Origin: the human T2T-CHM13v2.0 reference genome, Homo sapiens
Length of the DNA stretch: 64,000 nucleotides
NCBI RefSeq assembly: GCF_009914755.1
Contig: NC_060930.1
Direction: 5' to 3' (one strand)
Positions 1 through 14,919 of the stretch are shown here, piece after piece (position 1 is the stretch's first letter; every line of letters begins with the position of its first letter). The notes below the pieces were generated by a model. That model saw only the letters and a program-made list of their open reading frames with translations, was not told where the DNA came from and searched no databases. The position numbers and the translations under genes are program-made.

Positions 1-145
1 GGTCACTTATTTAGCAATTGAAAAATGAGGTTCAGCTTCAAATAATGTTTTATTAAGCCCTACTTGTGTGATCAGACTAAAATAAAAAAGACTGGGAGTT
101 CTGAAAATAAATAGAGGAAATAGAGAATATTGGAGAAAACCGTCA

Positions 146-350
146 ACTCTGAAGGTGAATCACCTGGGTTCAAATCCTGGCTGAACTGCTTATTAGCTGT
201 ATAATTTTGGCCATTAAACTCTATGCCTCAGTTGCTTCTTCCATAAAATGGCAGTATTGAAAGTATCTGCATCCAAGATGATTGTAAGGGTTGCTACAAA
301 TGTCTATATAAAGCTCTCAGCACATGGTACACACTGCACGAATAGTTGTA
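146..350 (+). mobile_element. MIR SINE
   Basis: MIR core-like 'cctgggttcaaatcctggct...ctatgcctcagttgcttcttccataaaatgg'. Confidence 0.75.
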
Positions 351-469
351 TGAATAATTATATATACTGAGGAGGTGTCATGCTGGGTCTCTTCTCTACC
401 ACTGCCTGCCCATATATTAATGTGGGTGACCAAAAGGGCCTCTTAGTCCTTCTGGGTGTCCCTCACATT

Positions 470-860
470 TGTGCCTCCCTCTCCATCCTGTTGCCAGGTA
501 TTACTGCAGATTCCCTTCACCTCTCTCTTGATACCTGGACTACTGCAATAGTCTCATGACCCCAGTGTTGTTACGCTTAGAATCTGCCCCACCCAGCACA
601 CTAAGTCTGGTTCTGCATTTTCATAATCATGGCTTCATACATTTAGAAAATTATGTCTCCCCACCACACACAGGATGAAGCTGAAGTGCCTTAGTCTGGC
701 ATTCACAGTCCTTCACATCCTGGCCCCAGCCTATCCAGACAACATCATTTCCTACTATTTACCAGCATTGATACTTTGCCAAGTCAAACTAATCGATCCA
801 CAACAATGGCATGCTGCCATGTTCCTAAATCTGAAGCAAGTATGTGGATTCTTATAACCT
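470..860 (+). mobile_element. L2 LINE fragment
   Basis: L2-like motifs 'tactgcaatagtctc' and 'ccttagtctggcattcacagtccttcacatcctggcccc'. Confidence 0.55.
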
Positions 861-1229
861 TTTCTAAAGAAGCTTTTTATCATCAGAGTCAAGGAAAAGT
901 TGGAAAAAGAACATATAGAGTCTGCCCTATACCAATACCCCTCCTTTTTTCATATGAATAGCCTGAAAAGGAAAGCAAAATTGCACATCACTACTAAGAA
1001 CAGCTCTGAAAACACAAAGGACTGATTAGGTTCATCCACACTTGAGAGGTCGTCTAGACTATTCTGAATCATAATCTTAGCAAGTATGGGGACTCTGTGG
1101 TCAAGACCAGGATGGGGTCCCTGGGTAAAGGGCGGTGGGATAAGGACAAAGGAGGCTGCCAGCCTCTGGGTTGCAGTCTAATGGGAGAAGGATCAAGAGG
1201 AGCAGTAAAGGGAATTCACTGCTGTGGTT

Positions 1230-1400
1230 ACTATCACTGTATAACAAATTACTCCAAAGTGAATGACTTCAAATGTAAGTTTGCACCAAAAAAGTTAGTG
1301 GAAAAGTCAGCCAAAACTTAGTGGCTTAAAATCACCATTTTATTTTGTTCATGATATTGTAGGTCAGAAAATTAGGAAAGGCTCAGCTAGGCAGGCTGGT
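1230..1400 (-). mobile_element. MLT1 (MaLR) LTR fragment
   Basis: 'taacaaattactccaaa...ttagtggcttaaaa...gtaggtcagaaaattaggaaaggctcagct' resembles the reverse complement of an MLT1 3' end. Confidence 0.55.
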
Positions 1401-1538
1401 CTCCCTAAGACTAGAAATATAAATACAGGAGTCATAGACATATATTTTGTGGTTGAAATCATAATGCAGTATGAGACTTTCCAGGGAGAATTAAAGAGAA
1501 AAGGAAAGGGTCAAGGGCAGAACCTTGGGAATACCAGC

Positions 1539-2109
1539 TATATTAGTCAGGGTTCTCCAGAGACACAGAACTGGTAGGATATAGACAGAAAGAGAGAGAG
1601 ACGACAAGAGGTTTATTAGAGAAATTTGCTCATGTGATTATGGGGGCTGAGAAATCCCACAATAGGCCATCTGCAAGCTGCAGAACCTGAGAGGCTGGTA
1701 GTGTGGCTCAGTCCAAGTCCAAAGGCCTCAGAACCAAGGAACCCAATGGTGTAATTCTCAGCCCAGGCCAAAGGCCTGAGAACCTGGGGAACAACTGTGT
1801 AAGTCCCGGAGTTCAAAGGCCAGAGAATCTGAAGTTCTAATGTTCAAGAGCAGGAGAAGAAGGATGTCCCAGCTCCAAAAGAGAGAGAATTAGCCTTTCC
1901 TCTGCCTTTTTGTTCTATCTGGGTCCTTAGCTGATTGGATAGTGCCTATCCACACTGGGTAGGGGGTGTGTCCTCCTTACTTAGTCCAGTGATTCAAATG
2001 CCAGTCACTTTTGCAAACATCCTCACAGACACATACAGGAATAATGCTTTACCAGCTATCTGGGTATCCTTTAATCCAGTCAAGTTGCCACCTAAAACTA
2101 ACCATCACA
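1539..2109 (-). mobile_element. MLT2 (ERVL) solo LTR, MLT2B-like, inserted in an L2 remnant
   Basis: Termini 'tatattagtcagggttctccagag' and 'aactaaccatcaca'; 5-bp TSD ccagc/ccacc (4 of 5 match). Confidence 0.85.
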
Positions 2110-2394
2110 CCACCTTTTAAGAAGTAGGCCAAGGAAGGTGTGTCTTATTCACCTCTGACTTGCACACATTCCTTATGTATAAGTGACTAAGAAGAATTTC
2201 CATGGCCATTGAGAAAATAGGTGACAAAAAGACTTGCTTTCCTTCTTAGCTCTCCCTTGGAGTCCCTCTTGGGGTTGCAGTCAGATATTGGCTGGTGCTG
2301 CAGTCATCTGAATGCTCAACTGGATTGAATATTGATACACATTTTTAAGGTGAATTGAATAAAAAGAGACATAAGCATCATGTATGAGCATTAT

Positions 2395-2797
2395 CAGTTA
2401 GAATATATTAGGTTTTGCTGTAATAACAAGTAACTTTATACTCTCAATGGCTTCAAAACAAAGATTTACTTTTTGTTCGTATTACACATCTTTTGCAGAC
2501 TGACTGGGGGCTCAATTCCACATCATCATCATTCTTACCTGCAATCCAGGTTGATGGATCAGTCACTATCTGAAATATCACTGGTTGCATGGCAGAGGGA
2601 AAAGACTGTAGCAAAGCATATGTCAACTCATAAAGTTTATATATGAAAGTGACACATGTCACTTCCACTCACATTTTGCAAATTAAAATTGTCCCATAAT
2701 CATGCTTGAGCTCAGGGAAAGGGAGGAACAATTTTACTACATACCCAAAATGAGACAGACAACCAAATGCAGTAAACAGCATCAATGACAAACACAA
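2395..2797 (-). mobile_element. Old MLT1 (J/K/L-like) LTR
   Basis: 'taggttttgctgtaataacaa...tctcaatggcttcaaaacaaagattt' and 'gaaagtgacacatgtcacttccactcacatt'. Confidence 0.6.
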
Positions 2798-2798
2798 C

Positions 2799-3223
<425 letters not shown>

Positions 3224-4688
3224 GAAAGAAAAGAAAAGAAGGAGGAAAGAGAAAGAGCACGGAGGTAAAAAAGCACGAGACAATAACAGTCTCACTTAAC
3301 TGGAATACAAGGTGCTAGCTCATTGTAAAACACTGCATACTGGAGAAAAGATGAATTTGGTCTATACCTAATCTACAAGATTGACAAGCTTGAGAGCGCA
3401 TAGCAATAAGCTCAGTTATAGAATGGATAATGAAGTTGCATGATAGGCCATGAAACTAGGTTCACCAAGTAAGTGAAGGAATAAGCCTTCAGGATGCAAT
3501 TTAAGAAATAACTTTTATTTAAATCACAGAGACAGAAAGCATCCTGTTAGAATTAGAAGATAATAGTAGAAAAGAGCACCTGCCAAGAGGGAACATGTAC
3601 ATTCTCAGGTAAATTTTTAGTCCTGTCTCATGAATAAAAGAGTAGACTATATGGCTTTTGGTTTTAGACGCCATTGTGCTATTAAACATCCTTTGGGTTG
3701 TTGAGTAGGAGGAATTAAGAAAAATTAGAAATATCATGATCTTCATGATGATTTGTGATGATCGTCACATAATAGAAAACTGGTACTTTCATTACTAGTC
3801 CAGAAATCAATTTTGATTTAAAGCAATAACTGGTTAACTACCAAATACCAGTTAATATCTTTCTTACTATAAGCTCCTGGAAGGCAAGGCTTGGATCCTG
3901 TTTAAATTGATGTCTCCATGGACAGCATCAAGCAGATATTCAGTAAAATCAGTTGAGTTGAATTGTCTATAGTAAAGAACAGAAATTTACAGGGAATTGC
4001 TCCATTTAGGTTGTTCATCCTTTCCTTTCAAGGCAAATATTTTGCTTAAGTAAGATTTTTGCCCTCATTAAAGGTTTCATGCACAAAATACATGTGATCT
4101 GAATACTTACATGGTGAATTCTATTTTGTTTAAAATTTTCTTCTATGCTTAGGCTTCCTTCTCTTCTTGTGTCTTTGTGGTGCATATCAACTTCCCACTC
4201 TGCTGAAATGAGAGGAACAACTTAGCAAGAAACCCTAACTGCAGGCTGAATATCTCCATTCAAGAACACTCTTGGAACAGCCAACTTCCAGTTTCTTCTC
4301 TCAGCCCCAACACACTCCCTGAGTCCTGCCTTGCAACATATTGCTCCAAAACTAAGGGAAGAAAGGAGGAACATACACCGAAAGGTGTTGGCTATTGTTA
4401 TAGTCCTACCAGGCTTCCAAGATTATAATGCTTTTGTGCCACACACCTGAGTTCCTTCTGAAGGTCCAAGATACTCACAGACCACCAGAAGGGGAGGAAG
4501 CCTGCAGCGGGGCCAGGGCAAAATTGAGTTGCTTTTCTAGGCCTGTGTGTGGCAGCTTTTGGTGATCTACCCTTGGTATTTATGTTCCTAATGCTTGACA
4601 AGACCCCTTCCTGGGGAGGCTAAATTGCATGTCCATGTATGTGTAGAGGGTGAGGTGGGGGTGTGAACAAGAAGAAAGAGGGTGAAGG

Positions 4689-5060
<372 letters not shown>

Positions 5061-8000
5061 TTATGTGAATTACAGATTTAATGTAGTGTACAATAAAGAA
5101 ATGTATTTGTTGCCATTTAAAACAAACAGACATTTAGAAAGCACCTCTATTTTTTCTTTGAGGAGCTGGGCACAGTTGCCTAAAATCAGCCAGGGGAAGA
5201 CTGGGAAGGAATACCCGTGTCCTGGCTAGGCCCAGTTGAATAGGGAGCAAGTGTCTCTGCACTTGAGAGGATGAGTGAGTGGATGTTTGTGTGAAAGGAC
5301 ATCAGTGAGGATTGGTACACTACAGATGGATAATCCCACTGAATGTGAGCTGTACCGTATCTGGGACAAGGCAGGCTTCAGTGAAGAATTGTTACCAAAT
5401 ATATTAAGCCAACAAAGATCATTAAATCACTAGAAGTTTTATTAAACTATGTTTGTTTAATAAAAAATCTCTCAATGATTCCACTTCATTACATAGCCTG
5501 ATGTTAACATGGGGCGCCTCTGGCCTCAGTTTTGACAGTGGCACTAATGCAGGAGTTCCTAACGTGAGTGTGAGAGAGGTTATGATACACAGGACACAGA
5601 GGGGCCAATGCTGGAAAGAAGGGACAGAGGACTTTGTGAAGAGATTCTTTTGGAGAGAGCTATTGTCTATTAACTACCTTTTGTATGAGGATCCCTTGCA
5701 GTGGGGGTACAACCCTTCACCTCAGGCCTAATGAGAGTATTCCCTGCAAAAGAGCCACGGAGAGCCTTGCCTGCCATACATGACATGGTGGCAGGGTGAG
5801 CAGTTCCCTGGGTCGGCCTGCAGCAAGAGAGCCTGAAGGAGAGCCACGAGGGAGCAAGACTCTCTTGGGTCCTACACTCCAAAAGGAAGAGACTGGAGAT
5901 GACCCACCACTGCCCCGGAGCCCAGAAGAGGTTACAGCCACTTTACCCCTGTAAAGGAACCCCAGGAGAGAAGCCCCCTGTGATGGGACTCTGAAGAACC
6001 AGGAAACTACCCTCTCCCCTCACCTCTCTTCTGTCCCCTAGTTTTGACCGTAGTGCAAATGAAAAGCAGCTAGTCAATGGGGAATGAAATAAGTTAACTA
6101 TAGGTCTTAGCATGGGAGTGGGGGTTCAGGAAATAAGTAAGTCTTAGCTTTAAAAAAGGATTAAAGCAATAGTTTAATATTTGTGCCGGAAACTCTAATT
6201 TCTGAATCAAGACTTTGTTTTTACTTAAAGTGCTCATATACCAATCTTTTACCTGAGACTGAGTATAAAAATTATGGGGTCTTCCATCCAAGGGCAGTTG
6301 AAGATTCTCCCCATAGCCTAAATTTTAAAGGAGCAGGAGAAGCAAACACGGAGTAGGATTTTATCCTATCCTGTAGACGTCATGCATTCAATATAGCAGT
6401 TGCATTTAGGATTGCCTGCTCAGCCCTTCCTAGACTACAAAATTGCTATGTCTAATTACATAGGTATGAAAACAGCCACCATCTTTCATATGATGTGAAA
6501 ATCTAGTTTTCTAAAGATGAAATCTCAGTCTGTCAATCTTGATTCCTTGAAACTTCTGTAAGTACTAAGAGCAGCTTTTTCAGAGACTTTGTTTTCTCAT
6601 GAGTGACCAAGTACAGTCAACTCTTTCTCACCTCTAACAGGTCACTGAGGCTTAGAATTTTAAACTAAGATAGGAGATTATAAGATTATAAAAGCAAAAT
6701 ATTCTGGTCTGTCCATGAAGTTTGCAAACTACTCTTTCTACTATAACTATTAGCTGCTATTTCTTTAAATGTCTGGCTACTAAAATTTCCTAGATAACCA
6801 AATTCTCACTTCTCTGCTAAAAGGAACACTTTAGAAACCTAAGTGGCAGAGATGTGAATGGGGACTATTGTTCTCCCAGAGTTAAAGATGAGAGGGGGAT
6901 GGTGCCCTTGGTTGCAGTGTGGTTACCTGAAGTGGGCTGCTCCATACTAGAGGGCAATGAGATCTTTGATTGTCAAAGTGGGCATTCAAAATGACTTTTT
7001 TGTTAACAACCCCAAAAAATGATTAAATATAATTCTTCATCTTCAAAGTGGTCCTTTTGAAAAATTGCGATATTTCTACAAAAGATGACAATCTGCCAAC
7101 ACAGAATAACTTGCGAATGCAAATATTGCTCAGTTCATTGTTCCTGGTTTCCTTCAGAAGCGACATAATCTTACTTTCTAAAAAACGTAGGCTGCAAAGT
7201 TAATAGAATTCAAAAGGACTACCTTTCAATCTGAAAAGTTATAAAGATGTTAGTTCTCTGAGTCTTTAAGGAAATCCAATTATAGATCTTTTTTATTATT
7301 ATTATTATTCAAGCAAAGACCAAAAGAGGAGCTTTTATTCCCTGGTGTCATTTGCTCAGCAGGAACTCACCTTGACATTGCAGCTGATTTTCCTGCATTT
7401 CTCATTAGGAAGTTACTACCAAATACCCAAACCTAGACAGAAACTCAGTTTGAGCAATTACAGGTTGCTCTGTACACGTCAGATGTGCACCTTTCACACT
7501 AGTTTATCTGTGGAACTCAGGAATGGTACTAGGATGAGGTGTGTGAAGGGTCTAGGGTGCCAGATTTAAAGAGGAGCCCAACCTCCGGGGCATGCACATG
7601 CAGGGCGAGAGTGAACTATTCCTTTAATTTTGCATCCTCAGCACTTCACCCCCTCCCTCTAGTCCTGGCCTTGGTGACACTTATTTCTAAATATCCCCAA
7701 TTTTTAAGAAAGAAAATGAAAATAAAATTTTAAGAGTCTACTATAATGTGTACTGAGTTGCTCTAGAGACTTTCAAAAAATGATTTCATAGTTAATCTTT
7801 TTCACACAAACAAGAAGTTGAGTGAAGCAGGCATTGACTGATGAAGTCTTTCTCTAAATTACATAGAAAAAAACTCATCCCAGAGAAAGAGAGTAGGGCT
7901 CATTGATGTGTTCTGAGCACAGATGTGTCTGGAAACATTCATCTATGCCTTAGGAGAGATATTATTAGTTTTGTTCAAACTAGCTGGTATATTTAATATA

Positions 8001-8631
8001 TTGACAAGACTATAACAATCCTGGCTGTAATTGCCTTTTTCCTCCATCTTTTCATCACACTAATTTAACTGTTTTACCACACAAATTTTTTCATAGTGAT
8101 CAATTTTCCCATGCCCATTAGTTATGATCGATTTTCTACTAATTTTTAAAATGGTGCTGTTTATATAACTTCACAAGAATATAGACTTCTGCCTTTAAGA
8201 TTCATGAGAATGTTTGTCTACTGGGTTTATTTTAGCTCAGTCTTTAGAGTGTACTGGCTGCAAGCAGCTGTAAAGAATAGTGAGTACCAATCAAAAGGGG
8301 GAGATTTGGTCTTAACAGAAAATTCCTTTGACTAGCAGGTATATCTATTGCACATGTTATTTGGTCCATTGTGTTTTTGTAACACTAGCAATAACAAAAC
8401 ATGTAATGTGTTTATTGACAGTTGAATATCCTATGGCTCATTTTTTAGTTTTATAAAGTATAAAAATGAATGGCATTTTATATTTCCTGGGTATTAACCT
8501 TTTTTTTTTTTTTTTTGGCCCACTATGTACCAGTCATACTTACCCCTTTTCATCAAGTACAGCCAAACAAAAGTCAGAAACTTGTGTCTCTCTCTGAAAT
8601 CAAGCTGGCAATCATTAAGAAACAACTCTTT

Positions 8632-9005
<374 letters not shown>

Positions 9006-9067
9006 TTATAAGAGCTTACCACCACAAAAAAAGGATTACTGATTCCTCTTTCTTAATAGGCCACAGG

Positions 9068-9367
9068 GGCCCGGCAAGGTGGCTCACGCCTGTAATCCCA
9101 GCACTTTGGCAGTCCGAGGCGGGCGGATCACGAGGTCAGGAGATTGAGACCATCCTGATTAACATGGTAAAACCCCGTCTCTACTAAAAATACAAAAAAA
9201 TTAGCCGGGCGAGGTGGCGAGCCCCTGTAGTCCCAGCTACTGGGGAGGCTGAGGCAGGAGAATGGCGTGAACCACGGAGGCGGGGCGTGCGGTGAGCCAA
9301 GATCACTGCACTGCACTCCAAGCTGGGTGACAGAGTGAGACTCCGCCTCAAAAAAAAAAAAAAAAAA
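9068..9367 (+). mobile_element. Alu (AluY-like)
   Basis: 'gaatggcgtgaacc' diagnostic, A-tail, TSD aataggccaca (9055-9065 / 9366-9376). Confidence 0.95.
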
Positions 9368-9489
9368 TAGGCCACAAGAAATGTCAGGTTTTCCAATAGC
9401 CTCCATCATTCATAAGTCATAGTATGTGTTTCTCTCTAATGATCTAATTTACCATCTTGTACAAGACAGGGATTTGGCATCTACATCAA

Positions 9490-9880
9490 TCGGATGACTG
9501 TTATAGCAAATAAACCCTCAAAAGTTCAATAGAAGTTTCTTTCTTTTTCATTTACCAGCACTATGCAGGGTTTCTGGTAGATGGGCAGATTTTCTTCAAG
9601 CCGACGGATTCAGGCTTCGTCCATCCTAGGGTTCTGCCATCCCCTAGGGCTGCTGAGTCCTCTACATCTGGTCAAAAGAGTACAGACTGTGATGAAGCCA
9701 TATTCTATTCTTACATTCTAGGCCAATAAATGATGTATGTTCCCTCCCACTAATAGGCCACTGGCAAGAATAGTCACACGATCCTAGCAAGAGGCAAGGG
9801 GCTGGGTAATGAGGTTCACAATTGGGTGATCACTTTCCAGTGTCACGCTATGGGTGGGAAACACAGAATTAGGTGAACAT
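9490..9880 (-). mobile_element. Old MLT1 (J-like) LTR
   Basis: 'caggcttcgtccatcctagggttctgccatcccctagggc' and 'cactggcaagaatagtcacacg'. Confidence 0.55.
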
Positions 9881-10938
9881 CTCTCTCTTTCAAAGTGTTC
9901 AACTGAACATAATGATTTTCAGGAACCATGACATGTACTTATCTTATTTTTCACTTTGAAGCCATTTCTCATTACCAAAGCTGCACCATGACTATAAGTT
10001 ATTGAAGTTTCCAGAAAAATTATCCACTCTTTTAGTGGATACTCTTTAGTACAACAAGAAATGGCACACTAAATGTTATTCAATATCCCAAAGATTTAAT
10101 ACACTTTTAAAATATCTCAGTCCCAGAGAAAATGGCATATGTGTTCAAGTTTGATGGTATGGCATTTCTTTTGTTGTCTGTCATTTTCGCCTGTATTTTG
10201 TTATATTTTTATGATCAATGTTAAAAGTTCCTGTAAGTTGGAACATTGTTTATGGAGCCTTCAATTCTTGGAAAGAAAAGCATAGTTAAGTTTTAATTGA
10301 TAAGCCAGGCAGTTGCCTCTATCACCTGTCTGCTCCGTCGTGGATCCATAGGACCATGATGTGCCAAAGCTGGCAAGAACCTTGGACTAATTCCAGCCCC
10401 CAACCCCTCATTTTACAGACCAGTAAACATGCTAGCTAACATTACTGATTCTCTCTCTTCTTCAGATGAGTTTTCCCTTTGCTTTCCAATCCTTCATCAT
10501 TTCTTTTTACCATTGCAGATGCTGGGCCATTACCTGAACTAGCTTCCCTGTGACTCAAATACCCTTGTCCATGCTTACTAATGAAGTAAAAGGGCTTTTG
10601 TTATCTGAGCAATTTCCTAAGTAATATGGCAAGCACTCTGTGTCCTATCTCGATGTTATTAATAAAAGAGATCAAGTGATATTTTTATTTAACTCTTGGC
10701 ATTGTTCTTTGACAGATATTAGTCAGTCAGTATAAAATAAAGCACTCTCTCTGTTTCTCTCAAAATAGAAGCTATGAGAAAAATGCCCTACACAATATCT
10801 TTACCTTCTTTGGTTAATTCCTGCCACCAGAAGCTAGAACTTTAGTTAGTCATAAAAGACTCATTTTTCCCCATCACTCTGCTTTCCAAATTTTCGCTGA
10901 CGTTCCAGTAAGAAAATCACAGAACCAGATTGCTTCTA

Positions 10939-11267
<329 letters not shown>

Positions 11268-11889
11268 TCACAAGGTGGATAAAGCTCTCTTCCCTTGTAT
11301 TTCCATTGAAGCTTCTAGTTATATCTGTCTGAACACTTATAACACTATATTGTTCTAGTCTATTTTGTTCTTTTTCAGATCATAATGGTAGTGACTAAAC
11401 TGCACCACTTAGTGAAATATGGAAGATTCTATATTAGTTAAATTAATGCACAGGAAACACTTGATGACATGGTTTAGGTTAACACAGTCATGCAAATTAA
11501 CACAGATTCCCAACCCCCAAAGGTGTAAAAGAACAAAGTAAACAACAGAAAGATTCTTTGTAATTGAAAGGAACAATAAAGTTGTAATTAGTGGACCTGA
11601 TGGTAAATTTTCTTAAGCTACTGATGATCACTGAGCTCACAGGTGTACCTGTAAGACTGCTATTTGTTTATTCAATAAGTATTTATTGAATGCTTACTGC
11701 TTGCTAGAGACTGTAACTAGGAAGAAGAATGCAGACAATTTTGCTTGATGAATAAAAACCAAGGGTAAATTTTGAATTATTTATTAATTGGCTTTTAAAA
11801 GAGCTCTTTTCCATGGATTTCCCATGGTGGTCTCAAGGGATTATATCTTCAGGAATTCTTACTCTACAATACTTTTTTATAAAAACAGG

Positions 11890-12090
11890 CTGCTAACACT
11901 AATCTGAGTCTTACTATGTGCCAGTCTCTGTACTAAGCACTTTATATGAATTATCCCGTTCCATCCTCATAACACCCCATTTTGAAGATGAGGATCTGGA
12001 GACACAGAGAGGTAAAGTCATTTTGCCTAAGGCCATACAATTGCAGAACTGAGCTCCAGGCCTAGGTAGTTAATCATGCCACTGTGCTCC
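11890..12090 (-). mobile_element. MIR SINE
   Basis: 'ttactatgtgccag...ccccattttgaagatgagga...gacacagagaggtaaag'. Confidence 0.75.
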
Positions 12091-13429
12091 TACACATGGT
12101 TTCCAAATAGCACCCCCTTAATCTCCCCTCTGTATAGGGGACAGTCAATCTCCATATGCCTTTGCAGAGCTTGGCTCTGGTTCAAGATTTAGCCCTTATG
12201 TCTTCCTGCTGACACCTCATTTATTACTCTTTGTGTTCAGATAGTCTGAAGTCTCCCACAATCCCACCATTGGATATCCAGAGATTCTTTGCACAGTGCT
12301 AACTTCCTGCTGTAAATGTGAAAAGACAGAAATAATAATTTAGGACCCCTGCAAAAAGAAGAACAAGACAGTTCTATGGAGCATGTCGATCGAGGTGAGA
12401 AACTGGGCACATTGGTCCCACACGAAGCCCATGAGATCATAGTGTCCTTTAAGGCCTTTGGGGGAATGAAAATAAGCCTCCTCATTCTGAAGAAATGAAA
12501 CCCCATGGTGAAGGGATGTCTGCTTCACTTGACTCAGCAGTCCCCCTTTCGACCACAGACCATTGACTCTGGCAGGCTTCAGATGAAACTTCCTCCAGCC
12601 TGCCTCATCAAAGGGAAGCCTGCTACTGTGCAGGGAGGCTTTGAGGCTTGAAGAGGAGAAAGAATATAAAGTGAGGAACTGATGGGTCTCAAAGGACATC
12701 TCTCCCAACAAAAAGCAAAAGAACACGAGTATAAAAGACCCATGATTTCTCTAAGAGTACGTAAAAAATACAGGTTGCTAGTTTGTCATATCGTAAATGT
12801 TTTCCCCCCTGACTCTGAAGCCATCATGAGCTGAACCAAGTCTGAATTAAAAGAGGCTTCAAAGGAAGCTTAACAGTTGGTCACAAGGGGTAAATTTCCC
12901 TCTACTGCAAAAGGGAAGGCTCCCCGGAGGGTGCTAAGTGGTAGGGTCCCTTCAGTAGCTTAACACAGTCGAAAATCATAACTCTTCACAGGCCAGAGCT
13001 GGACGCCACCACCACCTTCACCAACTTGCTCAAAGTCGCAGTAAAACAAGAATGCAAACCCACAGCTGTCATCTCTGATGACGGATTTACTGACTTCGGA
13101 TGGCCGCTTCTCTTTTTAATACTTTCCTCTTCCAGCCAGCATGTGAATGACAGAGACACACACCACTGAGGTTCAGAAAACTCTTCCCACAACTGCTGAG
13201 CTTCTGAATAAAGAGTCACCTTCTCTGAGAGTGGGACACCTTTGAACAGCGCACATTTGCAAACAAGGCAGGAGGAGAATATTTGGGCTCCTCCGAGGGT
13301 TACTCATGTCCCAGCTGCCTATCTGCCCAGGAGCACTTCCATGAGGATTAGTTTCAATCCCCCAAAAAGGAAGAGGAATGTCCACACTGTTACCATTAAC
13401 TAGGACTTTTGACTGCCATCAGGGAAATT

Positions 13430-13655
13430 GTATGTGTCTATTTAGTAAGCATTTTAATAGTGCTATGTGCCAAGCAGTGTTCTAAATGCCTTATGACTAT
13501 AAATTCACTTCGTCATACTAGCAAGCCATTATACCAACAAGGAAACTGAGACATAGGTATGTTTAGTGACTTTCCCTAAGTCACATGGATGGTAAGTGGC
13601 AAAGCCATGTACCCGACCCAGCTCTGGCTCCAGAGTCCAAGCTCTTTATCACCCT
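13430..13655 (-). mobile_element. MIR SINE
   Basis: 'ggaaactgagacatag...gtgactttccctaagtcacatgg...ggctccagagtccaagctcttt'. Confidence 0.75.
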
Positions 13656-14919
13656 GAGACTCTATTGATTCTCTGGTTCCTATGCAAACAAAATTCATGT
13701 CCCCCCTATTACATAAGCTCTTCCTCTAGTTATGATATGCCCAGCAGGGCTCATGAGTTATGAATGCTTCAAGGTACTATTCTACAAAGTGGCTCAAGAT
13801 GACTGAGGGAAAGGAGGAAGAAAAGGAAGCGGAGGACCACTGCGATTACACTGTTGGCAGTTAACTGGGGGCTTTGTTTCCTTTCCTATTTTTCCAGTTG
13901 CCATCAGGAAATGAGGGAGCTTCTGATTCATCTGCTGCTTGGGGTGAGACCTGTTACATCCTTTGTTTGCAGGCACCCCTGGCTCTTTTATGTCCCCACT
14001 GGTTTGCTACTTGGTCTCCGTACTTCTGAAATGTCCCTGGATGCTGTTTCATTATGTAGAGTCAGGCAAAAGACAGACGGATGTGTGTGTGAGGCGGCGA
14101 TGAAGCTGGCACCAGGTCTGCTGTGTCTGTGGTAGTTTATTACCGCTGCCAGAAGAGGAGAAATCTGATCCTGGCAGATGCAGCCTGCTGTGAATCAATA
14201 TTTTACAGGTAGTATACTTTGAAGAGATGACATCAAGACAGAATCAAAAGAGAAGAGGGGGCGAGAGAGAGAGAGAAAGAAAAGGCGCAAGTAGGAGCAG
14301 CGAATTCATCTTGACATCCTTTGACAGTCCTTCCCACAAGGAGTGAGGGGAACAAGCCCCAGCAAGGCGAGCTGACAGTGACGTGGGGGAGGACAAACTC
14401 CTGACAAAAGCCATTACTCCCCACTTGCCTTCACCACACACACATTGTCACAAAAGGGGAAACACAGCTGCCATGCCCTTCAGACCAAAGAAAGCCTATT
14501 CTTAGGTGCAGGCTGAGAAAACACCATAGACACAACAGGAAACAGACCTTTGCTTCCCCGGCTCACCAACTGGGAAACTGAGAGAGCACTAAGAGGAGAC
14601 ATGAATGCACACTTCAGTGCCTGGCTTGATCTGTGCTTTCCAGAAGTCCCTGAAGGAGGCATTCCAGAGCTTCCATCTGGGGGAGAAAAGGATACTGTGG
14701 GTGAGAGGAGGGTGCCAGGGCTTTCTGGATCCTAGTGAACTGAGCACTGAGTACGGGAGAGCTCTCCCTGGTTGTCTTCCTTCCAGCACACCTGCAGGCA
14801 GTGAACCCTGACAGATGCCCAGACAAAGCTGGGAGGGCTGCAGTGCTGCCAAAGATACAAAGGAGCTGCATTTATAAGTGGCCTAGAATAGTGCGAGTGT
14901 GGCTTCTAAAGGGATGAGA

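Noticed and set aside
5500-6290. Possible ancient LTR (MamGyp/ERVL-like)
   Set aside because: Composition is suggestive but I cannot identify termini or a family.
12344-12393. + strand mini-exon ending GAG|GTGAGA
   Set aside because: The acceptor lacks a polypyrimidine tract and there is no other support.
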